64,000 nucleotides of DNA from Escherichia coli (GTDB taxonomy: Bacteria; Pseudomonadota; Gammaproteobacteria; Enterobacterales; Enterobacteriaceae), in the NCBI RefSeq assembly GCF_044324875.1, contig NZ_CP172185.1. The stretch is one strand, 5' to 3'. The position numbers were made by a program, and so were the translations under genes. Positions 1 through 10,678 of the stretch are shown here, piece by piece (position 1 is the stretch's first letter; each line of letters begins with the position of its first letter). Below the pieces are notes generated by a model. That model did not search any database. It had not been told where the DNA came from and saw only the letters and a program-made list of their open reading frames with translations.

Positions 1-1197
1 GGGCGTCTCGACAGCCTGCAACTGCTGCACTTCCACCTCGGTTCGCAGATGGCGAATATTCGCGATATCGCGACAGGCGTTCGTGAGTCCGCGCGTTTCT
101 ATGTTGAGCTGCACAAGCTGGGCGTCAATATTCAGTGCTTCGACGTCGGCGGCGGTCTGGGCGTGGACTATGAAGGCACCCGTTCGCAGTCCGACTGTTC
201 GGTGAACTACGGCCTCAATGAATACGCCAACAACATCATCTGGGCGATTGGTGATGCGTGTGAAGAAAATGGTCTGCCACATCCGACGGTAATCACCGAG
301 TCGGGTCGTGCGGTGACTGCGCATCACACCGTGCTGGTGTCGAATATCATCGGCGTGGAACGTAACGAATACACGGTGCCGACCGCGCCTGCAGAAGACG
401 CACCGCGCGCCCTGCAAAGCATGTGGGAAACCTGGCAGGAGATGCACGAACCGGGAACTCGCCGTTCTCTGCGTGAATGGTTACACGACAGCCAGATGGA
501 TCTGCACGACATTCATATCGGCTACTCTTCCGGCACCTTTAGCCTGCAAGAACGTGCATGGGCAGAACAACTCTATCTGAGCATGTGCCATGAAGTGCAG
601 AAGCAACTGGATCCGCAAAACCGTGCGCATCGTCCGATTATCGACGAACTGCAGGAACGTATGGCTGACAAAATGTACGTCAACTTCTCGCTGTTCCAGT
701 CGATGCCGGACGCATGGGGGATCGACCAGTTGTTCCCGGTTCTGCCACTGGAAGGGTTGGATCAAGTGCCGGAACGCCGCGCTGTGCTGCTGGATATTAC
801 CTGTGACTCTGACGGTGCTATTGATCACTACATCGATGGTGATGGTATTGCCACGACAATGCCAATGCCGGAGTACGATCCAGAGAATCCGCCGATGCTC
901 GGTTTCTTCATGGTCGGCGCATATCAGGAGATCCTCGGCAATATGCACAACCTGTTCGGTGATACCGAAGCGGTTGACGTGTTCGTGTTCCCTGACGGTA
1001 GCGTAGAAGTAGAACTGTCTGACGAAGGCGATACCGTGGCGGACATGCTGCAATATGTACAGCTCGATCCGAAAACGCTGTTAACCCAGTTCCGCGATCA
1101 AGTGAAGAAAACCGATCTTGATGCTGAACTGCAACAACAGTTCCTTGAAGAGTTCGAGGCAGGTTTGTACGGTTATACCTATCTTGAAGATGAATAA
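1..1197 (+). CDS. speA: Biosynthetic arginine decarboxylase, C-terminal ~399 codons (5' end outside window)
   Basis: Frame open from base 1; translation matches the SpeA C-terminus and ends ...[11 protein letters not shown]. Confidence 0.95.
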
Positions 1198-1212
1198 TTA
1201 AGATTATTCCGC

Positions 1213-1260
1213 TGGCGGGTCGATTTATTTACGTAAATCGGCCCGCTTTCTTTTTATATA
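1213..1260 (+). terminator. Putative intrinsic terminator downstream of speA
   Basis: Imperfect inverted repeat gcgggtcgattta/taaatcggcccgc followed by a T-rich tract. Confidence 0.45.
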
Positions 1261-1342
1261 TTCTTAAAAATAATTTAGCTGCTTTTCTTATTAAATAATC
1301 CCCCTACAATCGCTGCATTAATTAAATACAGAGGGAACGGTT

Positions 1343-2074
1343 ATGAAAAAAGGGAAAGTACGTAGCGCGTTGATAGCATTAGCCGTGCTGCTGGCCGGTT
1401 GTTCCAGTAATGCGCAGTATAATAGCAGTGCATCGGGCAATGTCGGCACCGCCTGGGGTGGGGATGTGCACTCATCGGTTCAGGGCGTATCTGCTGAGCG
1501 AGCCTGGCGCGATCCGGCAGAGATGATCGTTATTAGTTATTCGACTAATGTTCCTTCCGGCTATGACCGCGTTTATAGCATTCGTATTAACGAACTGGAA
1601 TATGCTATTCGCGATGGTAATTTTAATTCTCTACCTATTACGCGTTTTTATGATTCATCCAATAATGAACCACGCTATATTGTCCATGCCAGAGTCGGAA
1701 TGAATTATCAATTATATGTCCGTAATTACAGTCGTAACACCAACTACGAGATCGTTGCTACGGTTGATGGCCTGGATGTGCTGAACGGCAAGCAAGGTTC
1801 GCTGAATAACAACGGCTATATTGTGAATGCCGGAGATTCATTAGCGATTAAAGGATTCCGCAAAGATAAACATACCGAAGCGGCTTTTCAGTTCGCCAAC
1901 GTTGCTGATTCCTACGCAGCCAATTCGGCGCAAGGCGATGTGCGTAATACCGGGGTAATCGGCTTTGCCGCCTTTGAATTACAAGGTCCGACGCAAAACG
2001 CGCTGCCGCCGTGCTCTGGACAAGCCTTTCCGGCAGATAACAATGGCTATGCGCCGCCACCGTGTCGGAAATAG
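1343..2074 (+). CDS. Putative lipoprotein of unknown function (243 aa), apparently accessory
   Basis: ATG preceded by a GAGGGA ribosome-binding site; N-terminus MKKGKVRSALIALAVLLAGCSS has a lipobox (LAGC); AT-rich, N/Y-rich codon usage unlike flanking speA/speB; two Cys near the C-terminus. Confidence 0.6.
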   Translation: MKKGKVRSALIALAVLLAGCSSNAQYNSSASGNVGTAWGGDVHSSVQGVSAERAWRDPAEMIVISYSTNVPSGYDRVYSIRINELEYAIRDGNFNSLPITRFYDSSNNEPRYIVHARVGMNYQLYVRNYSRNTNYEIVATVDGLDVLNGKQGSLNNNGYIVNAGDSLAIKGFRKDKHTEAAFQFANVADSYAANSAQGDVRNTGVIGFAAFELQGPTQNALPPCSGQAFPADNNGYAPPPCRK

Positions 2075-2141
2075 CAACCTCGCTTGATGCCTCGTCCATT
2101 TAAGGCGATAATTAGCACAAACTTGTGTTTCGCAAATCCAA

Positions 2142-2181
2142 CCCTTCCTCGTCGGGCCTAACGACGCGGAAGGGTTTTTTT
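2142..2181 (+). terminator. Intrinsic terminator between the lipoprotein gene and speB
   Basis: Stem cccttcc...ggaaggg with a nested inner hairpin, followed by a 7-T run. Confidence 0.6.
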
Positions 2182-2209
2182 ATATCGACTTTGTAATAGG
2201 AGTCCATCC

Positions 2210-3130
2210 ATGAGCACCTTAGGTCATCAATACGATAACTCACTGGTTTCCAACGCCTTTGGTTTTTTACGCCTGCCGATGAACTTCCAGCCATATGACA
2301 GCGATGCTGACTGGGTGATTACTGGCGTGCCGTTCGATATGGCCACTTCTGGTCGTGCGGGGGGACGCCACGGTCCGGCAGCGATCCGTCAGGTTTCGAC
2401 GAATCTGGCCTGGGAACACAATCGCTTCCCGTGGAATTTCGACATGCGTGAACGCCTGAACGTCGTGGACTGCGGCGATCTGGTATATGCCTTCGGAGAT
2501 GCCCGTGAGATGAGCGAGAAGCTGCAGGCGCACGCCGAGAAGCTGCTGGCTGCCGGTAAGCGTATGCTCTCTTTCGGTGGTGACCACTTTGTTACGCTGC
2601 CGCTGCTGCGTGCTCATGCTAAGCATTTCGGCAAAATGGCGCTGGTACACTTTGACGCCCACACCGATACCTACGCGAACGGTTGTGAATTTGACCACGG
2701 CACCATGTTCTATACCGCGCCGAAAGAAGGTCTGATCGACCCGAATCATTCCGTGCAGATTGGTATTCGTACTGAGTTCGATAAAGACAACGGCTTTACC
2801 GTTCTGGACGCCTGCCAGGTGAACGATCGCAGCGTGGATGACGTTATCGCCCAGGTGAAACAGATTGTGGGTGATATGCCGGTTTACCTGACCTTTGATA
2901 TCGACTGCCTGGATCCTGCATTTGCGCCGGGAACCGGTACGCCGGTGATTGGCGGCCTGACCTCCGATCGCGCTATTAAACTGGTACGCGGCCTGAAAGA
3001 TCTCAACATCGTTGGGATGGACGTAGTGGAAGTGGCTCCGGCATACGATCAGTCGGAAATCACCGCTCTGGCTGCGGCGACGCTGGCGCTGGAGATGCTG
3101 TATATTCAGGCAGCGAAAAAGGGCGAGTAA
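2210..3130 (+). CDS. speB: Agmatinase (agmatine ureohydrolase)
   Basis: 306 aa; full-length match to SpeB ([22 protein letters not shown]...), arginase-family motifs, AGGAG ribosome-binding site. Confidence 0.97.
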   Translation: MSTLGHQYDNSLVSNAFGFLRLPMNFQPYDSDADWVITGVPFDMATSGRAGGRHGPAAIRQVSTNLAWEHNRFPWNFDMRERLNVVDCGDLVYAFGDAREMSEKLQAHAEKLLAAGKRMLSFGGDHFVTLPLLRAHAKHFGKMALVHFDAHTDTYANGCEFDHGTMFYTAPKEGLIDPNHSVQIGIRTEFDKDNGFTVLDACQVNDRSVDDVIAQVKQIVGDMPVYLTFDIDCLDPAFAPGTGTPVIGGLTSDRAIKLVRGLKDLNIVGMDVVEVAPAYDQSEITALAAATLALEMLYIQAAKKGE

Positions 3131-3177
3131 GCGCCGGATAAGATGCGTTATGCGTCAAATCCGGCGTAATAAAATGC
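3131..3177. repeat. REP-like palindromic element between convergent speB and loiP
   Basis: gccggataagatgcg...atccggcg inverted repeat typical of REP units. Confidence 0.3.
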
Positions 3178-3936
3178 TTACTTAACTCCATCCGCGCTCA
3201 TACGATCGCGAATATGCTGGGCGCGTTCGGCGGATGCTGGATGGTCGTCAAACATTGAGCTTTGACGGCCTTCTTCCAGCTTCGCCAGTTTTTCAAAGCT
3301 GGTGGCAAGACCTGCCGGGCTGATGCCGCGTTGGCGCAGAAGATCGTAAGAATAATCATCGGCTTCTGCTTCCTGGCGCTGGGAGAATTGCGAATTAACT
3401 AATTTCTCGCCCAGATCACCGAGTTGTGATTGAGATAAACTGCCGACAATCCCGCCCGCAGAGGCTGCAGCTACTCGCACGGCATTTGTACCAAGTGCCA
3501 CCTGCATCCCTTTCTTCACATGGCCTAACGCCACGTGCCCCATCTCGTGACCGATCACCGCTTCGACTTCGTTATCCGTCATCATATCCATCAGCCCGCT
3601 ATAGACGCGGATACAGCCGTTAGCCATTGCAAAGGCGTTCACATCCTTCGCCATATACACTTTGTAATTCACCGGCTGACCGTTGATATTGTTGCCTAGC
3701 GCATTGGCAATAGTTGTCAGACGTTTAGCGTATTCGCTATTGGCTGGCGCAATCGTCGCCTTGCTATCCATCTCCTGACATGCCTGATCGCTCAGGGTTT
3801 TCACCTGCGCATCACTCAAACTGTAAGCCTGAAAAGCTTCCGCTCCTGATGAGAGCAGTCCGTTGGAGTCCATATTCTGGCAACCGGTCAGTACCGTTGC
3901 CACGCTCATTGCTACCAATAAGGCGCGAATTTTCAT
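3178..3936 (-). CDS. loiP: Periplasmic/outer-membrane M48 metalloprotease LoiP (YggG)
   Basis: Starts MKIRALLVAMSVATVLTGCQ (lipoprotein signal); HEMGH zinc motif; the longer ORF in the track is an upstream extension. Confidence 0.9.
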   Translation of the reverse strand: MKIRALLVAMSVATVLTGCQNMDSNGLLSSGAEAFQAYSLSDAQVKTLSDQACQEMDSKATIAPANSEYAKRLTTIANALGNNINGQPVNYKVYMAKDVNAFAMANGCIRVYSGLMDMMTDNEVEAVIGHEMGHVALGHVKKGMQVALGTNAVRVAAASAGGIVGSLSQSQLGDLGEKLVNSQFSQRQEAEADDYSYDLLRQRGISPAGLATSFEKLAKLEEGRQSSMFDDHPASAERAQHIRDRMSADGVK

Positions 3937-4213
3937 GTTTTCTCTTCCGCACAAGGTCAGGATTATTCTAAAAATGCGCCGTTTGCAGGTGAATCGACGC
4001 TCAGTCTCAGTATAAGGAAAAGCGCAGCGGACGGGCGAGCAGATTGCGCAACATGCGAGCATGATCCAGAGATTTCTGAAGCGGCAAAAGGATGTTCCAT
4101 GTACATGACGCGCGGCTTGCGGTAAATTGTTGGCAAATTTTCCGGCGTAGCCCAAAACGCGCTGTCGTCAAGTCGTTAAGGGCGTGCCCTTCATCATCCG
4201 ATCTGGAGTCAAA

Positions 4214-6205
4214 ATGTCCTCACGTAAAGAGCTTGCCAATGCTATTCGTGCGCTGAGCATGGACGCAGTACAGAAAGCCAAATCCGGTCACCCGGGTGCC
4301 CCTATGGGTATGGCTGACATTGCCGAAGTCCTGTGGCGTGATTTCCTGAAACACAACCCGCAGAATCCGTCCTGGGCTGACCGTGACCGCTTCGTGCTGT
4401 CCAACGGCCACGGCTCCATGCTGATCTACAGCCTGCTGCACCTCACCGGTTACGATCTGCCGATGGAAGAACTGAAAAACTTCCGTCAGCTGCACTCTAA
4501 AACTCCGGGTCACCCGGAAGTGGGTTACACCGCTGGTGTGGAAACCACCACTGGTCCGCTGGGTCAGGGTATTGCCAACGCAGTCGGTATGGCGATTGCA
4601 GAAAAAACGCTGGCGGCGCAGTTTAACCGTCCGGGCCACGACATTGTCGACCACTACACCTACGCCTTCATGGGTGACGGCTGCATGATGGAAGGCATCT
4701 CCCACGAAGTTTGCTCTCTGGCGGGTACGCTGAAGCTGGGTAAACTGATTGCGTTCTACGATGACAACGGTATCTCTATCGATGGTCACGTTGAAGGCTG
4801 GTTCACCGACGACACCGCAATGCGTTTCGAAGCTTACGGCTGGCACGTTATTCGCGGCATCGACGGTCATGACGCGGCATCCATCAAACGCGCAGTAGAA
4901 GAAGCGCGCGCAGTGACTGACAAACCGTCCCTGCTGATGTGCAAAACCATCATCGGTTTCGGTTCACCGAACAAAGCCGGTACGCACGACTCCCACGGTG
5001 CGCCGCTGGGCGACGCTGAAATCGCCCTGACCCGCGAACAGCTGGGCTGGAAATATGCACCGTTCGAAATCCCGTCTGAAATCTATGCTCAGTGGGATGC
5101 GAAAGAAGCAGGCCAGGCGAAAGAATCCGCATGGAACGAGAAATTCGCTGCTTACGCGAAAGCTTATCCGCAGGAAGCCGCTGAATTTACCCGCCGTATG
5201 AAAGGCGAAATGCCGTCTGACTTCGACGCCAAAGCGAAAGAGTTCATCGCTAAACTGCAGGCTAATCCAGCGAAAATCGCCAGCCGTAAAGCGTCTCAGA
5301 ATGCGATTGAAGCGTTCGGTCCGCTGTTGCCGGAATTCCTCGGCGGCTCTGCTGACCTGGCACCGTCTAACCTGACCCTGTGGTCTGGTTCTAAAGCAAT
5401 CAACGAAGATGCTGCGGGTAACTACATCCACTACGGTGTTCGCGAGTTCGGTATGACCGCGATTGCCAACGGTATCTCCCTGCACGGTGGTTTCCTGCCG
5501 TACACCTCTACCTTCCTGATGTTCGTGGAATACGCACGTAACGCCGTACGTATGGCTGCGTTGATGAAACAGCGTCAGGTTATGGTTTACACCCATGACT
5601 CCATCGGTCTGGGCGAAGATGGCCCGACTCACCAGCCGGTAGAGCAGGTTGCTTCTCTGCGCGTGACCCCGAACATGTCTACATGGCGTCCATGTGACCA
5701 GGTTGAATCTGCAGTGGCATGGAAATACGGTGTTGAGCGTCAGGACGGCCCGACCGCGCTGATCCTCTCCCGTCAGAACCTGGCGCAGCAGGAGCGTACT
5801 GAAGAGCAGCTGGCAAACATCGCGCGCGGTGGTTATGTGCTGAAAGACTGCGCCGGTCAGCCAGAACTGATTTTCATCGCGACCGGTTCGGAAGTTGAAC
5901 TGGCGGTTGCTGCCTACGAAAAACTGACTGCTGAAGGCGTGAAAGCGCGCGTGGTTTCCATGCCGTCTACCGACGCATTCGACAAGCAGGACGCGGCTTA
6001 CCGTGAATCCGTACTGCCGAAAGCGGTTACCGCTCGTGTTGCGGTAGAAGCGGGTATTGCTGACTACTGGTACAAGTATGTTGGCCTGAACGGCGCTATC
6101 GTCGGCATGACCACCTTCGGTGAATCTGCTCCGGCAGAGCAACTGTTTGAAGAGTTCGGCTTCACCGTTGACAACGTTGTTGCGAAAGCAAAAGAACTGC
6201 TGTAA
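4214..6205 (+). CDS. tktA: Transketolase 1
   Basis: 663 aa starting [19 protein letters not shown]; full-length match to TktA. Confidence 0.97.
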   Translation: MSSRKELANAIRALSMDAVQKAKSGHPGAPMGMADIAEVLWRDFLKHNPQNPSWADRDRFVLSNGHGSMLIYSLLHLTGYDLPMEELKNFRQLHSKTPGHPEVGYTAGVETTTGPLGQGIANAVGMAIAEKTLAAQFNRPGHDIVDHYTYAFMGDGCMMEGISHEVCSLAGTLKLGKLIAFYDDNGISIDGHVEGWFTDDTAMRFEAYGWHVIRGIDGHDAASIKRAVEEARAVTDKPSLLMCKTIIGFGSPNKAGTHDSHGAPLGDAEIALTREQLGWKYAPFEIPSEIYAQWDAKEAGQAKESAWNEKFAAYAKAYPQEAAEFTRRMKGEMPSDFDAKAKEFIAKLQANPAKIASRKASQNAIEAFGPLLPEFLGGSADLAPSNLTLWSGSKAINEDAAGNYIHYGVREFGMTAIANGISLHGGFLPYTSTFLMFVEYARNAVRMAALMKQRQVMVYTHDSIGLGEDGPTHQPVEQVASLRVTPNMSTWRPCDQVESAVAWKYGVERQDGPTALILSRQNLAQQERTEEQLANIARGGYVLKDCAGQPELIFIATGSEVELAVAAYEKLTAEGVKARVVSMPSTDAFDKQDAAYRESVLPKAVTARVAVEAGIADYWYKYVGLNGAIVGMTTFGESAPAEQLFEEFGFTVDNVVAKAKELL

Positions 6206-6218
6206 TCGGTAAGATGCA

Positions 6219-6243
6219 GGGCCGCGAAAGCGGCCCTTTTTTT
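6219..6243 (+). terminator. tktA intrinsic terminator
   Basis: gggccgcGAAAgcggccc hairpin followed by a T7 tract; the stop codon of the convergent SPFH gene lies within the T tract. Confidence 0.7.
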
Positions 6244-7150
6244 ACTTAGTAGAGATAAACGGAACTGTACTGCCGGGGATCATGGTATCGGGCAGCTTAC
6301 CGTCCCAACGCTCTGCAGTGGTTAGGGCAACAAGTCCGGGATTATCCCGCAGAGCTTCACCGCGCAGGCGGATAGCTTCTGCTTCAGCCGCACTTTTTAA
6401 ACGAATAGTTTCAGCCTCTGCCGCGCCTCTTACGCGAATAGTCTCAGCTTCTGCTTTGGCTGCCGCCAGTTTACTGTCTGCTTCTGCCTGGGCCTGAGTT
6501 ACCGCTATTTGCGCCTGGATTTTCTCTGTTTCCAGATTTTGCTTACGTGTGGCAATGGCGACTTCTGCTTTCATTCGGTCTTCAATCGACTTTTCATAAG
6601 CGTCAGAAAAATCAATATTTTCAATCTGAACACCATCAATCACCACCGGGCCAACGACGGCTTTACGCATTGCATTTTGCAGATCCTGAACGAGTTTTGT
6701 ACGATCCTGTACGGCGCTGATGGCGGTATATTGGCCGAAAACGTTCTCCAGTTGAGTTGGCAACTGACGGACAATCAGACGATCTTTTAATGCTTCAATG
6801 GTGTTGTAGGTGGTATAAACCGCGCCTGCTTCTGAAGGTTTAATGTGGAAGCTGACTGATACTGTCATTTGTGCCGGTTGCTGGTCGCGGCTGTAGGCCT
6901 GTAATCCCTGATAAACCACAGCCTGATTACGCGTGGAAATTTTCTCCACGCTTTCCATAAAAGGGATCTTAAAACCCAGCCCCGGCTCGGCAACTTTCAC
7001 GATTTTTCCGTAGCGCAGCAAAATGCCGCGTTCACCTTCATTAACGGTGTAATACGAGAGAAATGGCAGCACAACCACGGCAAGCACGCCAATGACGATA
7101 GCAATAGATTTTTGTGGGCGAAATGAGGTTATTGAAACAGGTGCTTTCAT
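6242..7150 (-). CDS. Band-7/SPFH (prohibitin/HflC-like) membrane protein, apparently accessory
   Basis: 302 aa from ATG at 7150 with an AAGGAAG ribosome-binding site; N-terminal hydrophobic anchor (IAIVIGVLAVVVLPFL); C-terminal Ala/Glu-rich coiled coil with three roughly 11-aa tandem repeats. Confidence 0.7.
   Translation of the reverse strand: MKAPVSITSFRPQKSIAIVIGVLAVVVLPFLSYYTVNEGERGILLRYGKIVKVAEPGLGFKIPFMESVEKISTRNQAVVYQGLQAYSRDQQPAQMTVSVSFHIKPSEAGAVYTTYNTIEALKDRLIVRQLPTQLENVFGQYTAISAVQDRTKLVQDLQNAMRKAVVGPVVIDGVQIENIDFSDAYEKSIEDRMKAEVAIATRKQNLETEKIQAQIAVTQAQAEADSKLAAAKAEAETIRVRGAAEAETIRLKSAAEAEAIRLRGEALRDNPGLVALTTAERWDGKLPDTMIPGSTVPFISTK
6360..6470. repeat. Three tandem ~33-bp repeats inside the SPFH gene
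   Basis: Repeated ...gcgaatagtctcagcttctgc... units encoding AEAETIRVRGA / AEAETIRLKSA / AEAEAIRLRGE. Confidence 0.45.
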
Positions 7151-7186
7151 ATGAATCTTCCTTGAGTAAAGTGGGGAATATGTCAC

Positions 7187-7526
7187 ATGAGGTGAGGAGA
7201 AAATAGCCGACAGGTGAGAATTCAGAATCTATAAAGGGGTATAGCGAAAAAACATTGCATTAAAAAAGTATGTTTTCGGACATTCAATAAATAAATGGCG
7301 ATATGCAGCACAAATACAACAACAATCAAAATGTTGATTTTGTGATAAACATAGCAAATACAAAGTTGACTTTAAAAATATCAATTTCATGTTGTTGTTA
7401 TTTAAAGTTTTATTATTTTTACTCATGGGGTTTTTCTTCTCGCGTACCCAATTGCTTTCATTAAACCGCACGAGTATTTTATTTTTACCGCCGGACGGTA
7501 CCCTAAAAATAAAATAAGGATAATTT
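7187..7526. promoter_or_regulatory. AT-rich divergent intergenic region upstream of cmtB and the SPFH gene
   Basis: About 340 bp with very high AT content and many A/T tracts; presumably carries the promoters of both flanking genes. Confidence 0.3.
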
Positions 7527-7970
7527 ATGCGGTTTATTGATTATTTTCCAGAATCATCAATCTCAGTTATACATTCAGCAAAAGATTGGCAGGAAGCTAT
7601 CGATTTCTCGATGGCATCATTGCTGGATAAAAACTATATCAACGAGAATTACATTCAGGCAATTAAAGATTCCACCATTAACAATGGCCCTTATTATATT
7701 CTCGCGTCAGGTGTGGCAATGCCTCATGCTCGACCGGAATGTGGGGCGCTTAAAACCGGGATGTCTTTAACGTTACTTAAACAAGGTGTTTATTTTCCGG
7801 GGAATGACGAACCGATAAAATTACTCATCGGCCTTTCTGCTGCCGATGCCGATTCGCACATTGGCGCTATTCAGGCGTTAAGTGAATTATTGTGTGAAGA
7901 AGAAATACTCAACCAATTATTAACAGCAGCATCAGAAAAACAATTAGCGGACATTATCAGCCGCGGATAA
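7527..7970 (+). CDS. cmtB: Cryptic mannitol-type PTS enzyme IIA component
   Basis: 147 aa; PTS EIIA(Mtl/Fru) fold with the conserved MPHAR histidine motif; matches CmtB. Confidence 0.9.
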   Translation: MRFIDYFPESSISVIHSAKDWQEAIDFSMASLLDKNYINENYIQAIKDSTINNGPYYILASGVAMPHARPECGALKTGMSLTLLKQGVYFPGNDEPIKLLIGLSAADADSHIGAIQALSELLCEEEILNQLLTAASEKQLADIISRG

Positions 7971-7997
7971 TTACTCTCTCCTCTACAGGATAATATT

Positions 7998-9386
7998 ATG
8001 GAAAACAAGTCTGCTCGTGCAAAGGTCCAGGCTTTTGGGGGTTTTTTGACGGCAATGGTCATCCCCAATATCGGTGCTTTTATTGCCTGGGGCTTTATAA
8101 CTGCGTTATTTATTCCCACCGGTTGGCTGCCGAATGAACATTTCGCCAAAATTGTCGGCCCGATGATTACCTATTTATTGCCCGTGATGATTGGTTCTAC
8201 CGGTGGTCACCTGGTCGGCGGTAAACGCGGCGCGGTCATGGGCGGAATTGGTACGATTGGTGTGATCGTCGGCGCTGAAATCCCGATGTTCCTTGGCTCG
8301 ATGATTATGGGGCCGCTCGGTGGTCTGGTGATTAAATATATCGACAAGGCGCTGGAAAAACGCATACCTGCCGGTTTTGAGATGGTTATCAATAACTTCT
8401 CATTAGGTATCGCGGGGATGCTCCTTTGTCTGCTGGGTTTTGAAGTGATCGGCCCTGCGGTGTTAATTGCCAATACTTTCGTCAAAGAGTGTATTGAGGC
8501 GCTGGTACATGCGGGTTATCTGCCTTTGCTGTCAGTCATCAATGAACCGGCGAAAGTGCTTTTCCTTAATAATGCGATCGATCAGGGCGTCTATTATCCG
8601 CTGGGAATGCAACAGGCATCAGTTAACGGCAAATCCATCTTCTTTATGGTGGCATCCAATCCAGGGCCTGGCCTGGGGCTGCTGCTGGCGTTTACCTTGT
8701 TTGGTAAAGGGATGAGTAAGCGTTCTGCGCCTGGCGCGATGATTATTCACTTCCTCGGTGGGATCCACGAACTGTATTTCCCATATGTGCTGATGAAGCC
8801 ACTGACCATTATTGCCATGATTGCGGGCGGTATGTCTGGCACCTGGATGTTTAACTTACTTGATGGCGGTTTGGTGGCTGGCCCAAGCCCTGGCTCTATT
8901 TTTGCTTACCTGGCACTGACGCCGAAAGGCTCGTTCCTGGCGACAATTGCCGGTGTTACGGTAGGTACCCTGGTGTCCTTTGCTATCACTTCGCTGATAC
9001 TGAAGATGGAAAAAACGGTGGAAACGGAGAGCGAAGATGAGTTTGCTCAGTCAGCCAATGCGGTTAAGGCGATGAAACAAGAGGGTGCATTCTCGTTAAG
9101 CAGGGTTAAGCGTATCGCCTTTGTTTGCGATGCGGGGATGGGCTCCAGCGCGATGGGCGCAACCACCTTCCGTAAACGTCTGGAAAAAGCGGGGCTGGCA
9201 ATTGAAGTAAAACATTACGCGATAGAAAACGTGCCTGCGGATGCGGATATCGTTGTTACTCATGCCAGTCTGGAAGGGCGCGTGAAACGTGTGACGGATA
9301 AACCGCTGATACTGATTAATAACTATATTGGCGATCCAAAACTCGACACTTTATTTAATCAATTAACCGCCGAACATAAAAACTGA
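7998..9386 (+). CDS. cmtA: Cryptic mannitol-type PTS enzyme IICB component
   Basis: 462 aa starting MENKSARAKVQAFGG; multi-pass membrane IIC domain plus a C-terminal IIB domain (CDAGMGSS). Confidence 0.9.
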   Translation: MENKSARAKVQAFGGFLTAMVIPNIGAFIAWGFITALFIPTGWLPNEHFAKIVGPMITYLLPVMIGSTGGHLVGGKRGAVMGGIGTIGVIVGAEIPMFLGSMIMGPLGGLVIKYIDKALEKRIPAGFEMVINNFSLGIAGMLLCLLGFEVIGPAVLIANTFVKECIEALVHAGYLPLLSVINEPAKVLFLNNAIDQGVYYPLGMQQASVNGKSIFFMVASNPGPGLGLLLAFTLFGKGMSKRSAPGAMIIHFLGGIHELYFPYVLMKPLTIIAMIAGGMSGTWMFNLLDGGLVAGPSPGSIFAYLALTPKGSFLATIAGVTVGTLVSFAITSLILKMEKTVETESEDEFAQSANAVKAMKQEGAFSLSRVKRIAFVCDAGMGSSAMGATTFRKRLEKAGLAIEVKHYAIENVPADADIVVTHASLEGRVKRVTDKPLILINNYIGDPKLDTLFNQLTAEHKN

Positions 9387-9400
9387 TTGCCGAGGTAAAA

Positions 9401-10678
9401 ATGAAAACCAAAGTTGCTGCTATTTATGGCAAGCGGGATGTCCGTCTGCGCGAATTTGAACTGCCAGAAATTACCGATAATGAACTGTTAGTGAGTGTAA
9501 TTTCTGACAGCGTCTGTTTATCGACCTGGAAAGCGGCGTTACTCGGTAGTGAACATAAACGCGTACCCGACGATTTAGAAAATCATCCGGTCATTACCGG
9601 GCATGAATGTGCCGGGGTTATTGTTGAAGTGGGTAAAAATCTCACCGGCAAATATAAAAAAGGCCAGCGTTTTGTATTGCAACCGGCGATGGGGTTACCA
9701 AGCGGATATTCAGCGGGCTACAGCTACGAATATTTTGGCGGTAACGCCACCTATATGATTATTCCCGAGATCGCCATTAACCTGGGCTGCGTATTACCGT
9801 ACCACGGCTCTTATTTTGCTGCGGCGTCGCTGGCAGAGCCTATGTGCTGCATTATTGGCGCTTATCATGCCAATTATCACACCACGCAATATGTTTATGA
9901 GCATCGCATGGGCGTTAAACCTGGCGGCAATATTGCGCTGCTGGCGTGTGCAGGTCCGATGGGCATTGGCGCTATCGATTATGCTATTAACGGCGGCATA
10001 CAACCGTCGCGGGTGGTGGTGGTCGATATCGACGACAAACGCCTGGCGCAGGTACAAAAGCTGCTGCCGGTGGAACTGGCGGCCAGTAAAGGCATTGAGC
10101 TGGTGTATGTGAATACCAAAGGGATGAGCGATCCGGTCCAGACGCTGCGGGCGCTGACGGATGATGCCGGATTTGATGACGTATTTGTCTATGCAGCGGT
10201 GCCTTCAGTCGTCGAGATGGCTGATGAATTACTGGCGGAAGATGGCTGCCTGAACTTCTTTGCCGGGCCGACGGATAAAAACTTCAAAGTGCCGTTTAAT
10301 TTCTACAACGTCCATTACAACAGCACGCATGTCGTCGGTACGTCCGGCGGTTCAACGGACGACATGAAAGAGGCGATTGCGCTTAGCGCCACGGGGCAGT
10401 TACAGCCGTCGTTTATGGTGACCCATATCGGTGGCCTGGATGCAGTGCCAGAAACCGTGCTCAATCTGCCGGATATCCCCGGAGGTAAAAAACTCATTTA
10501 TAACGGCGTGACCATGCCGCTGACTGCCATTGCCGATTTTGCCGAAAAAGGCAAAACCGATCCGCTGTTTAAAGAACTGGCGCGGCTGGTTGAGGAAACG
10601 CACGGTATCTGGAATGAACAGGCCGAGAAATATCTGCTGGCGCAATTTGGCGTTGATATTGGGGAGGCCGCGCAATGA
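9401..10678 (+). CDS. yggP: Zn-dependent alcohol/polyol dehydrogenase-like oxidoreductase
   Basis: 425 aa; MDR-family motifs (GHECAG, GxGxxG); position matches yggP. Confidence 0.85.
   Translation: MKTKVAAIYGKRDVRLREFELPEITDNELLVSVISDSVCLSTWKAALLGSEHKRVPDDLENHPVITGHECAGVIVEVGKNLTGKYKKGQRFVLQPAMGLPSGYSAGYSYEYFGGNATYMIIPEIAINLGCVLPYHGSYFAAASLAEPMCCIIGAYHANYHTTQYVYEHRMGVKPGGNIALLACAGPMGIGAIDYAINGGIQPSRVVVVDIDDKRLAQVQKLLPVELAASKGIELVYVNTKGMSDPVQTLRALTDDAGFDDVFVYAAVPSVVEMADELLAEDGCLNFFAGPTDKNFKVPFNFYNVHYNSTHVVGTSGGSTDDMKEAIALSATGQLQPSFMVTHIGGLDAVPETVLNLPDIPGGKKLIYNGVTMPLTAIADFAEKGKTDPLFKELARLVEETHGIWNEQAEKYLLAQFGVDIGEAAQ

Noticed and set aside
4964-6142. 392-aa ORF antisense to tktA
   Set aside because: Shadow ORF within tktA; Arg/Val-rich translation typical of an antisense frame.
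7229-7471. 80-aa ORF in the AT-rich region upstream of cmtB
   Set aside because: Low-complexity N/K/L-rich translation from AT-rich intergenic DNA; no ribosome-binding site; likely a chance ORF.
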